From contig NC_068987.1 of NCBI RefSeq assembly GCF_001194135.2, positions 91,151,153-91,192,728 on the forward strand: a DNA stretch of 41,576 nucleotides, given 5' to 3'. Positions 35,834 through 41,576 of this stretch are shown piece after piece. The position numbers and the translations under genes were made by a program. Numbering within the stretch: position 1 is the first letter of the stretch; every line of letters begins with the position of its first letter. The notes under the pieces are model-generated. The model worked only from the letters and a program-made list of their open reading frames with translations, searched no databases and had not been told where the DNA came from. This DNA comes from Octopus bimaculoides (lineage: Eukaryota).

Positions 35834-36344
35834 AATAATAATAATATGATAATGATAAAAATATATATGGTAATGATAAAGATGATATGATAACGATAAT
35901 TGCACTCTAGATTTAGGTCAATTTCATGTGTCCTTCCTTCTCATTTCGCCGGTACGTTGTGATTTGTGCAAGAAGTTCTCTTCTATTTGTGACATGTCGT
36001 TCAACCACATAGACATTTCCATTGGCTCCACTTGTTGCTGTTGTTGTTCTTTAGTCCAGAGCACCATAAATGAAACAGGTATATGCTCACAAGCATTCTG
36101 ACCGTGGCCACTGTGTCAGTTCTTTGCGCAGCGAACCCTTGGTTATTTTATTCGAAATCCCTTTTGTAATATATGATTCGGGGGAGATTTGACTGCCAGT
36201 TTTAGCAGGTCGAACAACCTCTTAGAGTTGCTTTCATTGGCTCCATTGACTCGTTGCTCGGTAAGATTAATAACACTGCTAAAGACACTGATGCTGGTAG
36301 TAATATGCATACTTTTCAGATGCTGGCCAGCTCTTATAAAACAG

Positions 36345-36660
36345 AGCTATGCTAAGTTATGTGGACGTAAGCACACCAACACCGGTTCAAGCGACGGCTG
36401 GGAACAAAAAATAAACACTGACATAAAAACATATACAGATATATATATAAACACATACTTATACATACATACATACATATATATATATATATACATACAT
36501 ATGACAGGCTTCTTTCAGTTTCCCTCAACCAAATCCACTCACAAGGCTTTGGTCGACCCGAGGCTAGAGTAGAAGACACTTGCCCAAGATGCAAGTGGGA
36601 CTGAAACCGGAACCATGTGGTTGGGAAGCAAGCGTTTTATTACACAGCCACGCCTGCACC
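36345..36660 (-). mobile_element. Composite CORE-type SINE with internal microsatellite
   Basis: Contains AAATCCACTCACAAGGCTTTGGTCG...GAAGACACTTGCCCAAG...GGAACCATGTGGTTGGGAAGC. Confidence 0.85.
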
Positions 36661-36713
36661 TACACACGCACACACGCACACACACACGCACACACGCACA
36701 CACATGCACACAT

Positions 36714-36763
<50 letters not shown>

Positions 36764-37823
36764 ACATACCTATATGCATATGTGTGTTGAAAAGGTTAAG
36801 TGGTTTCATATTAAAAGCAAAAAGAAGCAAGTGCTTTGAGAATGTTATTATGCATAAAAGAAAGAAAGAAAATATTTGCATGTTTATCAAAATATGCAAC
36901 CGGTTTCAATCGTTTTAAAAGTATATTTAGTCATGCTGAAAAAGAGAGGAAAATAAGTGAATTTTGTAATAAAAGCATGTGAACTTTCAGAACTGATATC
37001 ATGAAAGATTAATTTAATTTATTTCAGTTTATTTTCTCTTCTTTTCCAGCATGACCAAATCGTCTCGTAAAAGGATTGAAGCATATTTTGATTAAAATGT
37101 AATTATTTCCTTTCTTTTATCCGATAAAACTCTCAAAGCATTTTCTTCTTTTTGTTTATTTAATATATATATATATATATATATATACATACACGCACTT
37201 TCTCACACACACACACACTATCACACACACCTACACACACTATCTCACACACACATACACACGCTATCACACACATACACACACTATCACACATATACAC
37301 ACACTCATTGGTTAAAAAGAATGCGATACAGCTTGGATTCTTTCATAAGCCATTCGGGATGTTATAAATGTTGGACGTGGTGTTGTTTTTGTGAACTACA
37401 CAAGCTTGGTGACACGAAAGCGAGTTTGCTACTAGCATTTTGTGATTTCTTTCTTAAAGATAACATCAAAAATTGTTGAATTTAATCGAATATTTATCAG
37501 TAATAAACTGGAGGCGATTAAACCGAACATACTCTCCTTAATTTTTTTTTGCTGTTGCAGCGAAAGAAAAAAAAAATCAACAACGAATCAATGAAGCGAT
37601 TTTGTTGTAACGTGAACTAAGATGTTTATTCATAAATTGAACTTCAACGAAAACATTTTTTTTTTTAGGCAGCAATATTATTGTCTTATTTGTATTTTTC
37701 TGAAATTACAGTTTTGAACGCTGTAAATTAAATGTTATGAATATACGACAACTTCTCTACTGTATTATTTCTACTACATTCCGGTGAAGTTTACTGCGTT
37801 GTGTTATTATACATGCAAAAACA

Positions 37824-38036
37824 AGGTACCGAAATGGTAGAACCATTAGTACGCCGGACAAAATGTTAAGTAGCATTTCGTTCGTTTTTATGTTCTGAGC
37901 CCAAATTCCGCGAGATCGACTTTGCAGTTCATTCTCCAGGGGTAGATGAAATAAGAACTGACCAAATATTCAGGTCCATATAATCGACTTCCGCTTCCCC
38001 TCAAAATGTAATGGCTTTGTGCCAGAATTTGAAATC
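37824..38036 (+). mobile_element. Old SINE family M copy
   Basis: Diverged match to the family M head and body. Confidence 0.7.
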
Positions 38037-38073
38037 CTTCTCTATGCAAACTTTAGAGTGTTCCTACAATAAG

Positions 38074-38128
<55 letters not shown>

Positions 38129-38215
38129 ATTTATATTTACTGCGATCCCACGATAGATTACTAAACTTTTACTAAACTTCAAATTTGTTTCCTGCATTTC
38201 AATACTTCATATATA

Positions 38216-38862
38216 CACAGACATGACAGAAGTAAATAGACACCCTTATAATCATTAAAATTTATTTAAATCTGAAATTATATATTCAAATTATTCATTA
38301 ATTGTTATAATGTGAATATCTAATATTTATTAGACATTCTCTCTACATTTTTTTTGATACAAGGGACCCTATTAGGCATGGCACTGATCAAATGACGAAT
38401 GTTCTCTTGTGGAATTTCTTGCCAAGTTTCATGCAGTTAATCTCAAAAGATCTGGTTTTGAAAATGCTTTCTTGTTCTTTTTATGAAGTTTCCTGTCCAT
38501 TATGTTCCAGAGGTGTTCAGTAGGTTTCATATCTGGTGACTGGCTTGGCTATGGAAGCTTTTTAATGCCATTCTCATCCAACGAATCGCTGGTGAATCGC
38601 ACAATCACTCTATTAACTGTAGAAAGCGAGATCCCAAGGTTTTCTGCGATTTTACCCTATGTCCACCTTCAGCATGACCCACAATACGGCCTCTGTGAAA
38701 TTCAGACAGTTCCAAGGCTTCTTTTATACATGGCATGACTAAACAGTCACATATAGAACCTGAAACATAAAAATGTCAATTAATAGAAGATATAAACCAT
38801 TACAAGTTAGAATAAACATAAAAACGATGTTTTATGGGGTGTCTACTTCTAACATGTATGTG
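38216..38862 (-). mobile_element. Internally deleted Tc1-like transposon
   Basis: TIR CACAGACATGACAGAAGTAAATAGACACCC (38216-38245, after TA) has a degenerate partner at 38837-38862. The minus strand encodes the N-terminus LSEFHRGRIVG / IAENLGISLSTVNRVI fused to the C-terminus PSQSPDMKPTEHLW / ETWQEIPQENIRHLISAMPNRV. Confidence 0.85.
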
Positions 38863-38911
38863 TGTGTATCTTACATGTATATGTACACGTCTGCACTTTT
38901 TATTGTTTTAT

Positions 38912-39100
38912 TCTTTTATTTGTTTCAGTCAGTTGACTGCGGCCATGCTGAAGCATCGCCTTTAGTCGAACAAATTGACACCAGGACTTATTCTTTGTAA
39001 GCCTAGTACTTATTCTATCGGCCACTTTTGCCGAACCACTAAGTTACGGGGACGTAAACGCACCAACATCGGTTGTCAAGCGATGATGGGGGGGGGGACA

Positions 39101-39141
<41 letters not shown>

Positions 39142-39292
39142 CGAGCTTCTTTCAGTTTCCGTCTACCAAATCCACTCACAAGGCTTTAGTCGACCCGAGG
39201 CTATAGTAGAAGCCACTTATCCAAGGTGCGACGCAGTGGGACTGAACCCGGAACCATGTGGTTGGTAATAAAGCTGCATACCTCTTGCGCCT
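38912..39292 (-). mobile_element. Composite CORE-type SINE, near full length
   Basis: Head, CORE-like part, (CA)n and a tail containing CCGATAGAATAAGTACTAGGC are all present. Confidence 0.9.
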
Positions 39293-39489
39293 AAAATATA
39301 TTTATCACTCCTCATTATTGTATTATAATAATATAATGTTAAACTTTGTAGCAATGCGGTGGATGTAGGCATGTGAATAGAGCCATTGATTTACAACTGA
39401 AGTTATCTCACTCTATTTACACCAGAATGTCACAAACAGATTACCCCACCACTTTTGTTTTAAGTCATTCTGAGGCTATTATATATTCT

Positions 39490-39652
39490 TTTCTACTCTA
39501 GGCATAAGTCCCGAAATATTGGGGGAGGGGGCCAGTCGACTAGATCGACCCCAGTACGCATCTGGTACTTAATTTATCGACCCCGAAAGGATGAAAAGCA
39601 AAGTCGACCTCGGCGGAATTTGAACTCAGAATGTAAAGACAGACGAAATATC
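39490..39652 (-). mobile_element. SINE family M copy
   Basis: Contains ATCGACCCCGAAAGGATGAAAAGCAAAGTCGACCTCGGCGGAATTTGAACTCAGAA. Confidence 0.9.
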
Positions 39653-40345
39653 GTAAAGGCAGACGAATATGTTACAGAGTTTCAAGCAGCATAGTGAAGG
39701 CGTGTGATCAAGTTGTTTGGGTGTCGCACCCAAAATGGGCGATGTATTGTTCTCTTGAGCAAAACACTTCCTTTCCCATTTTTCCATTCATCTCAGTTCT
39801 AAATAAACAACCCTGTGACCGACTGGCTTCTTGTTCAGTGGAACTATAGTGATCTCTGTCGCTTAAATGCATTAGAAACCGGATGACCGGCACTATGAGA
39901 CAGTACTTTACTTCTTGCGAGTGCACAAGCTAACATTGAAAATAAATTAACACTGTAACACAGTGTTAACCCCCAATAGAAACCACTTTACTGAAGCTTC
40001 TGTGTCCATGTTAAAATCAGGAAGTCGAAAATTTAATTTACCTTTACGGACAAATCTGAGAACTTACAAATATCTAATTCGCAAGGAATATATAAGTTAT
40101 ATAACCATCCATCTGTTATACTTGATGCGTATACACTTTTGATAGGCCAGTTACTGCAGTACTTGTCCTGAGATTACATTCATTATTGACCTGCTGTATT
40201 AAAAACACGATTAATGTCGTCTATCAACGGTGTAAATATATTAATTATGATATATAGGGGACTATTTTAGTTTAATACTGCCGCAATTGCGCATATCGGA
40301 TATACTATATAATATATTTACATAAAAACTTTTCTGAAAGAGAGA

Positions 40346-40922
<577 letters not shown>

Positions 40923-41500
40923 GCAGATAGGTCAGCTGAAAACTTCAACGATAACTGGTCATGCAGTCCAAAATTGTGTCTCCCGGAGTCAGAATGAAGA
41001 TTGTGGGATTGTAATTTTCTCGTCATTAAAACGATCTAAACAACCAAACTGTCCCGTATGTAAGAACAAGGACACCAAAACGACCCCGTTCGAGTGTCAA
41101 ATTATTGCGATGACAAACATTTGACATTTCCAATTGTGTTTCTTGTCTATCATTAATTATAAAGGATCCATTTTATCTACAACAATAGGAGTGGTCCCTA
41201 AGCGGTTAATCGGCTTTCTAGAAATAACAACGAAATCTCCCTCCGCATACCATATGCTATTAAAGAAGAATGGACATAGTGAGCAGTGGTCAGTATGGGT
41301 AGTGGGGACAATCACGACTCTGGACATACGTTTTATTAGTTAAGCTGACCATGGGATACACTACAGCAAAAACAAAAACCCGCGCAATTACCACCACTAC
41401 AATCAGCAGAACACGATGTGTGGTATTATTATATACATATGTATACATATGCATATATATAAATATACATACATATATACATATACATACATATATACAT

Positions 41501-41576
<76 letters not shown>

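Noticed and set aside
39947-39969. Perfect 10 bp hairpin TTAACACTGT-AAC-ACAGTGTTAA
   Set aside because: Short and AT-rich, with no supporting context, so chance occurrence is plausible.

Overview
This is eukaryotic, AT-rich DNA dense in microsatellites, with nine N gaps (about 4896-5057, 6351-6427, 8595-9273, 10010-10334, 12349-12738, 13669-13826, 18431-19228, 22223-22894, 30088-30340). The repeat content resembles a cephalopod (Octopus-like) genome; this is an inference, not a search result. No host protein-coding gene can be supported, and most supplied ORFs are microsatellite or gap artefacts. The window is mostly decayed transposons: three mariner remnants (one a fold-back MITE), a Tc1 deletion derivative, a hAT remnant, a probable Helitron, two Penelope-like GIY-YIG fragments, four restriction-like-endonuclease (RLE) LINE 3' ends sitting in microsatellites, a CR1/L2-like 3' end and more than 20 tRNA-derived SINE copies. 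The most striking object is a ~600 bp palindrome (26714-27312) made of two divergent tRNA-like Pol III heads, each followed by a minimal hammerhead-ribozyme motif. It is a candidate Penelope-mobilised SINE/retrozyme hybrid. Two further hammerhead motifs (23079-23121, 29932-29976) and two SINE-into-SINE insertions at the same nucleotide (24.3-25.0 kb) are also notable.
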